Made by a program: the position numbers and the translations under genes. A DNA stretch of 59,738 nucleotides from contig JBDKLR010000035.1 of NCBI GenBank assembly GCA_039795515.1, positions 1 to 59,738 on the forward strand, in the 5' to 3' direction. Under the pieces are notes generated by a model. It was not told the origin of the DNA, made no database searches, and saw only the letters and a program-made list of their open reading frames with translations. This document shows positions 1-9,764 of this stretch, in pieces. The DNA comes from Pseudomonadota bacterium (lineage in GTDB: Bacteria; Pseudomonadota; Gammaproteobacteria; Burkholderiales; Burkholderiaceae_C). Position 1 is the first letter of the stretch; each line of letters opens with the position of its first letter.

Positions 1-2
1 TC

Positions 3-143
<141 letters not shown>

Positions 144-1340
144 TCAGTTGGCGAAAGCCGCGATGCCGGTGATGGCGCGGCCCAAGATCAGCGCATGGAT
201 GTCGTGGGTGCCCTCGTAGGTGTTGACCACCTCGAGGTTGACCAAATGGCGGGCCACGCCAAACTCGTCGCTGATGCCGTTGCCGCCCATCATGTCGCGC
301 GCCATGCGGGCGATGTCCAGCGCTTTGCCACAGGAATTGCGCTTCAAGATGGAGGTGATTTCCACACTGGCCGTGCCTTCGTCTTTCATGCGGCCCAGTC
401 GCAAGCAGCCTTGCAGGCCAAGCGCAATATCGGTTTGCATGTCGGCGAGTTTTTTCTGAATGAGTTGGTTGGCGGCCAAGGGACGGCCAAACTGCTGGCG
501 GTCCAAGGTGTATTGGCGGGCGCGGTGAAAACAGTCTTCGGCCGCACCCAACGCGCCCCAGGCGATGCCATAGCGGGCGCTGTTCAAACAGGTGAACGGG
601 CCTTTCAAGCCCTGCACCTCGGGGAAGGCGTTTTCCTCCGGCACGAACACACCGTCCATCACGATTTCACCGGTGATCGAGGCGCGCAAGCCCACTTTGC
701 TGTGGATCGCAGGGGCACTCAAACCGGCCATGCCCTTGTCCAAAATAAAGCCGCGGATCGGGCCGACCGCGCCCGACTCGCTCACCTCTTTGGCCCAAAC
801 CACAAACACATCGGCGATTGGCGAATTGGAAATCCACATCTTGTTGCCACTGAGTTGGTAGCCGCCAGGGACCTTGTGGGCGCGGCTGGCCATGCTGGCC
901 GGGTCAGACCCGTGATCGGGCTCGGTCAGGCCAAAGCAGCCGATCCACTCGCCGGTGGCGAGCCGGGGCAGGTATTTTTGGCGCTGGGCTTCAGTGCCAA
1001 ATTCAAAAATAGGTGTCATCACCAGGGACGATTGCACGCTCATCATGGAGCGGTAACCGGAGTCGACGCGCTCGACTTCGCGGGCGATCAATCCATAGGC
1101 GACATAACTCAAACCGGGGCCACCGTAGCTCGTCGGGATGGTGGGGCCGATCAGACCGAGTTGACCCATTTCACGAAAAATGGCGACGTCGGTTTTTTCG
1201 TGGCGAAACGCTTCGGTGACGCGCGGCAGCAGCTTGTCTTGGCAATACGCCGCAGCCGCGTCGCGGATCATGCGCTCGTCTTCGCTCAGTTGTTGGTCGA
1301 GTAGAAACGGGTCGTCCCAGTGGAATGCGGTCTTGGCCAT
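144..1340 (-). CDS. gcdH: Glutaryl-CoA dehydrogenase (acyl-CoA dehydrogenase family)
   Basis: [14 protein letters not shown]-terminus, [14 protein letters not shown], and C-terminal [25 protein letters not shown] are typical of GcdH. Confidence 0.92.
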   Translation of the reverse strand: MAKTAFHWDDPFLLDQQLSEDERMIRDAAAAYCQDKLLPRVTEAFRHEKTDVAIFREMGQLGLIGPTIPTSYGGPGLSYVAYGLIAREVERVDSGYRSMMSVQSSLVMTPIFEFGTEAQRQKYLPRLATGEWIGCFGLTEPDHGSDPASMASRAHKVPGGYQLSGNKMWISNSPIADVFVVWAKEVSESGAVGPIRGFILDKGMAGLSAPAIHSKVGLRASITGEIVMDGVFVPEENAFPEVQGLKGPFTCLNSARYGIAWGALGAAEDCFHRARQYTLDRQQFGRPLAANQLIQKKLADMQTDIALGLQGCLRLGRMKDEGTASVEITSILKRNSCGKALDIARMARDMMGGNGISDEFGVARHLVNLEVVNTYEGTHDIHALILGRAITGIAAFAN

Positions 1341-1491
1341 GGATGCTCCGGTCAGCAGGTCTGTTCGTGTGAGTCGGCCATGTTAATCGGCTTGGATGAG
1401 GGCCTGGGTGACGGGGGTTTGGATGTGGGTTTTCAAGCCTGTCCGCTCGAATCTGCATGCGCAAAACTGGAAAACTTGAGCGCTGGCAAAT

Positions 1492-1525
1492 GTAAAGACC
1501 GTAAAGATTTGTAAAAAGCGTAAAG
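1492..1525 (+). repeat. Four phased GTAAA(G/A) direct repeats upstream of the flagellin-like gene
   Basis: GTAAAG at 1492, 1501 and 1520, GTAAAA at 1511 (spacing 9, 10, 9). Confidence 0.6.
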
Positions 1526-1612
1526 AGGCCTCAAGTTTTTCAAAGTTCGGTTTGAAGGGCGTTTTTTCTGCAATGCTTGGCGCTTGTCTTGGCTTTCAAC
1601 CCTCTACCGCCC

Positions 1613-2431
1613 ATGATCAACAACACCCATTTATCGGCGCTCTACGCCAACAAAGCCGCCAACAAATGGGCAGACGTGGCCGCCACGTCGAGCGAGCGCA
1701 TCAGCACCACCTTGCGCATCAACCGCAGCTCGGACGACCCTGCCGGCTTGATGGTGGCGACCACACTCAGCGCCGAGTTGAGCTCCTACACCCGCGCCAT
1801 CGACAACATCCACAGCGGCATCGCGGCGGTGCAAATGGTCGATGCCTCGCTCACCAGCATCACCAGTTATTTGACCGAAATGCGCACCCTGGCGGTGTCG
1901 GCGGCCAGCGCCAACAGCGCCACGGCATTGGCGGCTTACCAAACCAGTTTTTCCAGTTACCGCAGCGACATTGACAACGTGGCGACCTACACCACCTTGA
2001 ACGGGTCGTCCTTGATGGACGGGTCGACCACCTCGCTGGCCATCCAAGCAGGCATCGCCGCGGGCGACAGCCGCACCTTGAGTTTTTCATCGGCGACGAC
2101 CGCGAGCTTGGGTCTGACTTCTTTGGATGTGTCGACCGACGCCAGCACCGCCATCACCACCATCGACACGGCTTTGGAAACAATCGCCAGCTACCAATCC
2201 AAGATGGGTGCTTATGAAACCCTGATGGACCACCGCGAAACACTGGCCAACAACATGGTGCTGGCCAAAACAACGGCCTATGGCCACATCATGGATGCGG
2301 ACATCGCCGCGGAAACCACCGCCTTGGCCGCGGCGCAAATCGGTCAAGAAGCGGCCACCGCGGTCATGGTGCAGGCCAACACCATCAGCAAAGAAATCGT
2401 CGCCTACTTGTTACAAGGCATGACCAACTGA
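1613..2431 (+). CDS. Flagellin-like protein, minimal (D0/D1 only), divergent
   Basis: N-terminal ERISTTLRINRSSDDPAGL, central TTLNGSSLMDG...IQAG, C-terminal IMDADIAAETTALAAAQIGQEAATAVMVQAN. ATG 1613 preferred to TTG 1577 because homology starts there. Confidence 0.85.
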   Translation: MINNTHLSALYANKAANKWADVAATSSERISTTLRINRSSDDPAGLMVATTLSAELSSYTRAIDNIHSGIAAVQMVDASLTSITSYLTEMRTLAVSAASANSATALAAYQTSFSSYRSDIDNVATYTTLNGSSLMDGSTTSLAIQAGIAAGDSRTLSFSSATTASLGLTSLDVSTDASTAITTIDTALETIASYQSKMGAYETLMDHRETLANNMVLAKTTAYGHIMDADIAAETTALAAAQIGQEAATAVMVQANTISKEIVAYLLQGMTN

Positions 2432-2438
2432 GCTGCCG

Positions 2439-2657
2439 TCAAATGACCCGGATGATGCGCCAGCCGCGGTCCATTTTGCGAAACACAAATTTACGCTCGA
2501 GCTTGCGGGTTTTGACCAGGTAATAACTCAAAACGCGGATGCTTTGGGCTTTGCGCTCGTCATCAAAGAACAGGCTCTCGCCGACCTCCATCGCCGCCAG
2601 GGTGACGAGGTGGTCTTGTTGTTTGATGTTCTCCAGCTTGATGCGCTCGACGAGCAT
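2439..2657 (-). CDS. Small basic hypothetical protein (72 aa), phage-like MEVGES...RKF...GWRIIRV type
   Basis: AAAGGA SD 7 nt before ATG 2657, host-like codon usage, basic composition. Confidence 0.7.
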   Translation of the reverse strand: MLVERIKLENIKQQDHLVTLAAMEVGESLFFDDERKAQSIRVLSYYLVKTRKLERKFVFRKMDRGWRIIRVI

Positions 2658-2731
2658 GGGCAAATCCTTTGGTAGCCTTTGGGATTCGGCACCAAAAAGA
2701 CAAACTTGAGCAACAAACTTTCAAATCAACA

Positions 2732-3751
<1,020 letters not shown>

Positions 3752-3844
3752 GGTCACCAAGGAGACGCTGGAGGGTGGGGAATCATAAGGTTTCGGTCAG
3801 CATCGGTGTTTTAGAATGCCACATACTTTTGTGAAGGGTCTTTC

Positions 3845-3979
3845 ATGTCTAGCAACCATCATTCTGACGAATCCACCGACGTGGTCGAGTCCATTGTTCC
3901 CCTCATGCCCATCGTGTTGCCCGTGGGCGGCGCGGTTCTGATTTTTTTGCTGGCTTTCATCGCCGTTTTCATGGCCTGA
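3845..3979 (+). CDS. 44-aa single-pass membrane peptide (not in ORF track)
   Basis: Translates as MSSNHHSDESTDVVESIVPLMPIVLPVGGAVLIFLLAFIAVFMA*. Weak SD GAAGGG upstream, terminator downstream. Confidence 0.65.
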   Translation: MSSNHHSDESTDVVESIVPLMPIVLPVGGAVLIFLLAFIAVFMA

Positions 3980-4004
3980 TTGCCGCCCTGTTCCAAGCCC
4001 CCAC

Positions 4005-4030
4005 AGCGCCCGTCCCGTGGCGCTTTTTTT
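4005..4030 (+). terminator. Intrinsic terminator after the small ORF
   Basis: AGCGCC-cgtcccgt-GGCGCT followed by a T run. Confidence 0.7.
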
Positions 4031-4096
4031 ATTGGCTTGAGCTGAAGCACTTGGCACAGGTGCTTGAGCTGAATCAATAAAGCTGAGGAGACAAGC

Positions 4097-5947
4097 ATGA
4101 CTTCAACCGCCCCCACAGGCGCGGGGCTGACCGCCCCATCATTTGTGAAAAACAAAAAACTGATCGCTTGGGTCGCCGACATGGTGGCCTTGTGCAAACC
4201 CGCTGCGGTGCACTGGTGCGATGGCAGCCAAGCCGAGTACCAACAACTGTGCCAACGCCTGGTCGACGCGGGCACCTTCACCAAACTCAACCCCGCCAAA
4301 CGCCCCAACTCGTTCTTGGCCTGCTCTGACCCATCGGATGTGGCCCGCGTGGAAGACCGCACCTATATTTGCTCGGCACAAAAAGAGCAGGCCGGTCCGA
4401 CCAACAACTGGATGGACCCGGCCGAAATGCGTCAAACCCTGCAACCCCTGTTTGACGGTTGCATGGCCGGACGCACCATGTACGTGGTGCCGTTTTCCAT
4501 GGGCCCCTTGGGCAGCCCGATCGCCCACATCGGCATCGAGCTCTCCGACAGCGCCTATGTGGCGGTCAACATGAAGATCATGACCCGCATGGGCCAAGCC
4601 GTGTATGACGTGCTGGGCGAGAGCGGTGAGTTCGTGCCTTGTGTGCACACCGTGGGTGCGCCTTTGAAAGCCGGCGAGACAGATGTGCGCTGGCCTTGCA
4701 ACAAAACCAAGTACATCGTGCACTACCCCGAAACCCGTGAAATTTGGTCTTACGGTTCGGGTTACGGTGGCAACGCCTTGCTCGGCAAAAAGTGTTTTGC
4801 CCTGCGCATCGCCTCCAACATGGGCCGCGACCAGGGCTGGTTGGCCGAGCACATGCTGATCTTGGGTGTGACCAACCCCGAAGGCCAGAAATACCACGTG
4901 GCGGCGGCTTTCCCCAGCGCCTGTGGCAAAACCAATTTCGCCATGCTGATTCCCCCAGCGGGCATGCCCGGCTGGAAGGTCACCACCATCGGTGACGACA
5001 TCGCTTGGATCAAACCCGGTGCCGACGGCAAGCTGCGCGCCATCAACCCCGAGGCCGGCTACTTTGGCGTCGCCCCGGGCACCAACACCTTGACCAACCC
5101 CAATTGCATGGCCAGTTTGGACAAAGACGTGATCTTCACCAATGTGGCGCTGACCGACGACGGCGATGTTTGGTGGGAAGGCATGAGCGACGCGCCCGCC
5201 CACTGCATCGATTGGCAAGGCCAAGACTGGACGCCCGCCATCGCCAAAGAAACCGGCGCCAAAGCCGCCCACCCCAATGCCCGCTTCACCGTGGCCGCGA
5301 CCAACAACCCTGCGCTGGACAGCGCCTGGGACGACCCCGCTGGCGTGGTGATTGACGCGTTCATCTTCGGTGGTCGCCGCTCGACCACGGTGCCCCTGGT
5401 CACCGAGGCCCGCAACTGGGTGGAAGGCGTTTACATGGCCGCCACCATGGGCTCGGAAACCACCGCCGCGGCCGCTGGCCAGCAGGGTGTGGTGCGCCGT
5501 GACCCGTTTGCCATGTTGCCTTTCGCGGGCTACAACATGAGCGACTATTTCCAACATTGGCTCCAGCTGGGTCACAAGCTGCAGGCCAGCGGTGCCAAGT
5601 TGCCCGCGATTTACTGCGTCAACTGGTTCCGCAAAGGGGACGACGGCAAATTTGTCTGGCCCGGTTATGGCGAGAACATGCGCGTGCTCAAGTGGATGAT
5701 CGACCGCATCGAGGGCAAGGCCGCCGGCAGCGACAACGTGTTTGGCATCAGCCCCAGCTACGCTGAACTGAACTGGAACGGTCTGAGCTTCAGCGCCGAA
5801 CAATTCCACACCGTCACCCACATCGACAAAGCCGCTTGGCAAACCGAACTGGGCTTGCACGACGAGTTGTTCCAACAACTCGCGCACCACCTGCCTGCTG
5901 AGTTGCCCGCCACCAAGGCTGCCATTGCTGAACGCCTCGGCGTTTGA
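4097..5947 (+). CDS. pckG: Phosphoenolpyruvate carboxykinase (GTP)
   Basis: [21 protein letters not shown] and PFAMLPF motifs. GAGGAG SD. Confidence 0.96.
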   Translation: MTSTAPTGAGLTAPSFVKNKKLIAWVADMVALCKPAAVHWCDGSQAEYQQLCQRLVDAGTFTKLNPAKRPNSFLACSDPSDVARVEDRTYICSAQKEQAGPTNNWMDPAEMRQTLQPLFDGCMAGRTMYVVPFSMGPLGSPIAHIGIELSDSAYVAVNMKIMTRMGQAVYDVLGESGEFVPCVHTVGAPLKAGETDVRWPCNKTKYIVHYPETREIWSYGSGYGGNALLGKKCFALRIASNMGRDQGWLAEHMLILGVTNPEGQKYHVAAAFPSACGKTNFAMLIPPAGMPGWKVTTIGDDIAWIKPGADGKLRAINPEAGYFGVAPGTNTLTNPNCMASLDKDVIFTNVALTDDGDVWWEGMSDAPAHCIDWQGQDWTPAIAKETGAKAAHPNARFTVAATNNPALDSAWDDPAGVVIDAFIFGGRRSTTVPLVTEARNWVEGVYMAATMGSETTAAAAGQQGVVRRDPFAMLPFAGYNMSDYFQHWLQLGHKLQASGAKLPAIYCVNWFRKGDDGKFVWPGYGENMRVLKWMIDRIEGKAAGSDNVFGISPSYAELNWNGLSFSAEQFHTVTHIDKAAWQTELGLHDELFQQLAHHLPAELPATKAAIAERLGV

Positions 5948-7572
5948 TGACAGCAGGCCAGCGCATGACACACCCCGCCGTGCAATGGCCTGCCCAACAA
6001 CTCGAAACCCATTACGCCGATGGGCGTGCGCTGCGCTGCTTTGTCGAGCGGCCGCGCAGCCTGCATGCGCTGCTGGAAAACGCGCTCACGTGCAACCCCC
6101 AAGGCACAGCCTTGGTCTGCGACGACACGCGTCTGAGCTATGCCGCGCTGGACACCCAAGTGGGCCGATTGGCCGCAGGCTGGCAAGGCTTGGGGGTGCA
6201 GGCGGGTGACCGCATCGCCTTGCTGTTGTCCAACCGGATCGAGTTTGTGCTGTGTCTGCTGGCCGCCACCCGTTTGGGCGCGATCACGGTGCCTTTGAGC
6301 ATCCGCGAGCAAACACCGGGCTTGCATTACATGCTGGACCACTGCGGTGCGGTGATGCTGGTGCATGACGCCGATTTGCACGGTGTGCTGTCCGCTGCTG
6401 ACAGCCTGCCCGCGCTGCGCTGGCGCGTGAGTTTTGACGGTTGTGCAGACGCCCTGGACTTTGAGAGCCTCTTGGCCGAGCAACCACTGCAGCAAGCCGC
6501 GCCGGTGCAAGAAGAAGACACGGCGGTGATTTTGTACACCTCCGGCACCACGGGTCGACCCAAAGGCGCCATGCTCAGCCATTTGGGCATCGTGCACTCG
6601 TGCATGCATTTCCAACATGGCATGGGCTTGGGGCCGAACGATTGCAGCATCGCCGCCGTGCCCCTGAGCCATGTCACCGGCTTGGTGGCGCTGATCACCA
6701 CCATGCTGCATGTCGCGGGCAAATTGGTCATCTTGCCGGTGTTCAAAGCGCCGCTGTTTTTGCAACTCGCCGTACGCGAGCAAATGACCCACAGCCTGAT
6801 GGTCCCCGCCATGTACAAGCTGTGCCTGATGCAGCCTGGTTTTGCCGACATGCCATTGGCGTCTTGGCGCATCGGTGCTTATGGCGGCGCGCCCATGCCG
6901 GTGGCCAGCATCGACGAATTGGCGGCCACGCTGCCGCAGTTGGTGCTGATGAATTGCTATGGCGCGACCGAAACCACGTCGCCCGCGACCATGATGCCGC
7001 CGGGTGAAACCGCCGCGCACAACGACACCGTTGGCGTGCCCGTGGTGTGTGCCGAGATGCAAGTGATGGACGACGATGGACAGGCCTTGCCCGCTGGCGA
7101 GATGGGCGAGATTTGGATCAAAGGTCCGATGGTGGTGTCGGGCTATTGGGCCAACCCCGAGGCCACCGCCAAAGAATTTGTCCAGGGCTTCTGGAAATCG
7201 GGCGACATGGGCAGCATCGATGCACAAGGCTATGTGCGCATCTTGGACCGCAAAAAAGACATGCTCAACCGAGGTGGCTACAAGATTTACTGCATCGAGG
7301 TGGAAAACACCTTGTACCAACACCCCGCGGTGGCCGAGTGCGCCATCGTTGGCAAACCATGTCCGGTGTTGGGTGAACGGGTGCATGCCTTCATCAGCCT
7401 GCGCGACAGCGTCACGCCCGAGGAACTCACCGGGTTTTGCGCGACGCGTTTGTCGCGCGAAAAAGTGCCCGAGACCTTCACCCTGAGCACCACCCCATTG
7501 CCACGCAACGCGAACGGCAAACTCATGAAGCGCGAGATGCGCGAGGACTTGCTGCGCAGTCTGGCAACTTAA
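5947..7572 (+). CDS. Class I adenylate-forming enzyme (acyl-CoA ligase)
   Basis: [22 protein letters not shown] and PRNANGK motifs. TGATG overlap with the pckG stop. Confidence 0.88.
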   Translation: MTAGQRMTHPAVQWPAQQLETHYADGRALRCFVERPRSLHALLENALTCNPQGTALVCDDTRLSYAALDTQVGRLAAGWQGLGVQAGDRIALLLSNRIEFVLCLLAATRLGAITVPLSIREQTPGLHYMLDHCGAVMLVHDADLHGVLSAADSLPALRWRVSFDGCADALDFESLLAEQPLQQAAPVQEEDTAVILYTSGTTGRPKGAMLSHLGIVHSCMHFQHGMGLGPNDCSIAAVPLSHVTGLVALITTMLHVAGKLVILPVFKAPLFLQLAVREQMTHSLMVPAMYKLCLMQPGFADMPLASWRIGAYGGAPMPVASIDELAATLPQLVLMNCYGATETTSPATMMPPGETAAHNDTVGVPVVCAEMQVMDDDGQALPAGEMGEIWIKGPMVVSGYWANPEATAKEFVQGFWKSGDMGSIDAQGYVRILDRKKDMLNRGGYKIYCIEVENTLYQHPAVAECAIVGKPCPVLGERVHAFISLRDSVTPEELTGFCATRLSREKVPETFTLSTTPLPRNANGKLMKREMREDLLRSLAT

Positions 7573-8345
7573 GCCTTGGGTGTGGTCAGCGCTTGCGCCA
7601 GCGCCAAGTACTCGGCCACCGGCACCTCTTCGGCGCGGCGCTGCACATCGAATTCACCTGAAAAGCCGCGCGCCTCCAACCACTTGCCCAAGGTGTGACG
7701 CAACAGTTTGCGGCGCTGGCTGAACGCCACTTGCACCAACTCGCTGAGCAAGCGCGCATCCAACACCGCGGGTGCGGCCCAAGGCGTCATGCGCACCACC
7801 GCACTGTCCACACGGGGCGGTGGATCGAAGGCCAGCGGCCCGACCAAGAGCACCATGTCCATCTCGTAACGCCATTGAAGCATCACACTCAAGCGACCGT
7901 AATGGGCGGTGCTGGGCTGCGCCACCATGCGCTCCACCACTTCTTTTTGCAACATGAAGTGCTGGTCTTTCACCACCGCCACGTGCCCGAGCAGGTGAAA
8001 CAAAATCGGCGTCGAGATGTTGTAGGGCAGGTTGCCGACCACCCGCAGTGCCTGGGTGTTCAAGTCCCGAGCCAGCGCTGTGAAATCGACTTTCAAGACA
8101 TCCGATTCGGTCACTTGCAATTGCGGGTGCTGGCGCAAACGCTTGGCCAAATCGCGGTCGAGCTCGATGACCTGCAAGCGCCCCAAGCGCTCCACCAATG
8201 GCTGGGTCATGGCGGCCAAGCCCGGGCCAATTTCCACCATCACGTCGGCTTTGTCGGGTGCGATGGCTTGCACGATCTGATCGATCACGCCGCTGTCGGT
8301 CAAGAAATGTTGCCCGAATCGCTTGCGGGCTTGGTGCTGCGCCAT
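7569..8345 (-). CDS. rsmA: 16S rRNA dimethyladenosine transferase
   Basis: [33 protein letters not shown]. Confidence 0.96.
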   Translation of the reverse strand: MAQHQARKRFGQHFLTDSGVIDQIVQAIAPDKADVMVEIGPGLAAMTQPLVERLGRLQVIELDRDLAKRLRQHPQLQVTESDVLKVDFTALARDLNTQALRVVGNLPYNISTPILFHLLGHVAVVKDQHFMLQKEVVERMVAQPSTAHYGRLSVMLQWRYEMDMVLLVGPLAFDPPPRVDSAVVRMTPWAAPAVLDARLLSELVQVAFSQRRKLLRHTLGKWLEARGFSGEFDVQRRAEEVPVAEYLALAQALTTPKA

Positions 8346-8360
8346 CAGACGGCGCGCTGT

Positions 8361-9764
8361 TTATTGCGGCGTGTCACGGTATTCCACGAAAGCGCGGCCA
8401 CGCACTTCGCGCTCCCAGGTTTTGTAGGCCTCGTCAAACTTGCGCTCGCGCAACACATTGCGGGCCAGGTCTTGTTGCTCGCGCACACTCAAAGGCGCTT
8501 CGCGACGCTCCAACACCTGGATCAGGTGCACACCAAAACGCGACACCAGCGGATCGCCCAACTGGCCTGGCGCGAGCTTGGCCATGGCCGCCTCGAACTC
8601 GGGCACCATCATGCCCGGGTTGGCCCAACCCAGGTCGCCACCTTGGGCCGCGCTGCCGTCTTGCGAGTTGGTCCGTGCCAGGTCTTCAAATGTAGCCAAG
8701 CCGGTTTCGATTTGCTTTTTGTAACGGGTGAGTTCGGCGCGCGCCGCGTCCTGGCTCAACTTGCCGCCTGGGCGCAACAAGATGTGTCGCGCGCGGGTTT
8801 GGGTGATGGTGGTGGGCATGGCGTTGGGGTTGCGCCGCTCCAGCAGTTTGAGCACATGAAAGCCCGCGCCCGAACGCAAGGGGCCGGTGACGCCACCAGG
8901 CACCAGGCTCTTGACCGCATCCGCAAACAAACTGGGGTATCGGTCCGGGCTGCGCAAACCCAATTGACCCCCATTGCTGCGGTCTGGGGCTTGTGAATAC
9001 TGCACCGCCAATTGGGCAAAGTCGGCCCCGCCTTGGGCTTGCTTCAACAGTTCTTCGGCTTTGGAAAAAGCCTTGGCCACCTCGTCGTTGCTGGCTTTCT
9101 CAGGCACCGCGATCAGGATGTGGGCGATGTGGATGTCGGGGTTGCTGCCCGCATTGGCCTGGCTGCTTTCGCGCAAGAACGCCTCCACCTCGAAATCTTG
9201 CACCCGGATGCGTCCGGTCACCTCGCGCTCGCGCACACGTTGCAACAGCATCTGACGGCGAATTTGGTTGCGGTACTGCTCCCAGGAGATGCCTTGTTGT
9301 TGCAAGCGCTGTTTCATCTCCTCGGTGCTGATTTGGTTGCGCTGGGCGGTGCCGGCCACGGCTTGATCCAGTTCCTCGATGCTCACTTGCATGCCTGTTT
9401 GACGCGCAACCCCGAGTTGGGCGGTTTCATCGATCAAGGTTTCCAAGGCTTCCAGCAACAAGGCGTTGCGGTTGAGTTTGGCGGCCGAGGGGTCGGCCAG
9501 CATCGCCAATCGATTGACTTCCAAATTGGTGATCGGCTCGTTGTCGACCACCGCAACGATGTAGTCCAAGGACTTGGGCGCATCAGGTGTGCTCAACAAT
9601 TGGGGGTTGGGCGCGGTTTCCCCGCTCGGGGCGGGCATGCTCAAGCCACTGGCGGACTTGGGCTTGACCGGCTTGAGGGCTTGACCCGAGGCCGTCACGG
9701 CGCAGGCGAACAACAAACCGGCGGTCACGGACTTGATTAAAAAAGGCTTGCGGTGGTCAGTCAT
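8361..9764 (-). CDS. surA: Periplasmic chaperone/PPIase SurA
   Basis: Signal peptide, IVAVVDNEPIT, two parvulin domains (HILI, HILL, GGDLGW). Lies downstream of lptD. Confidence 0.92.
   Translation of the reverse strand: MTDHRKPFLIKSVTAGLLFACAVTASGQALKPVKPKSASGLSMPAPSGETAPNPQLLSTPDAPKSLDYIVAVVDNEPITNLEVNRLAMLADPSAAKLNRNALLLEALETLIDETAQLGVARQTGMQVSIEELDQAVAGTAQRNQISTEEMKQRLQQQGISWEQYRNQIRRQMLLQRVREREVTGRIRVQDFEVEAFLRESSQANAGSNPDIHIAHILIAVPEKASNDEVAKAFSKAEELLKQAQGGADFAQLAVQYSQAPDRSNGGQLGLRSPDRYPSLFADAVKSLVPGGVTGPLRSGAGFHVLKLLERRNPNAMPTTITQTRARHILLRPGGKLSQDAARAELTRYKKQIETGLATFEDLARTNSQDGSAAQGGDLGWANPGMMVPEFEAAMAKLAPGQLGDPLVSRFGVHLIQVLERREAPLSVREQQDLARNVLRERKFDEAYKTWEREVRGRAFVEYRDTPQ

Noticed and set aside
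1431-1441. TTTCAAGCCTG as block A of the dispersed element
   Set aside because: Short, similar strings recur in unrelated places (about 23745, 25042), and no core or block C follows.
1531-1557. Sigma28 promoter for the flagellin-like gene
   Set aside because: TCAAG -35-like is present, but the -10 position reads GTTTGAAG, far from GCCGATAA.
3752-3844. SAH or cobalamin riboswitch upstream of metH
   Set aside because: No GAGGAGCG/CCAGGCUC or B12-box consensus found on the minus strand, and the region is short.
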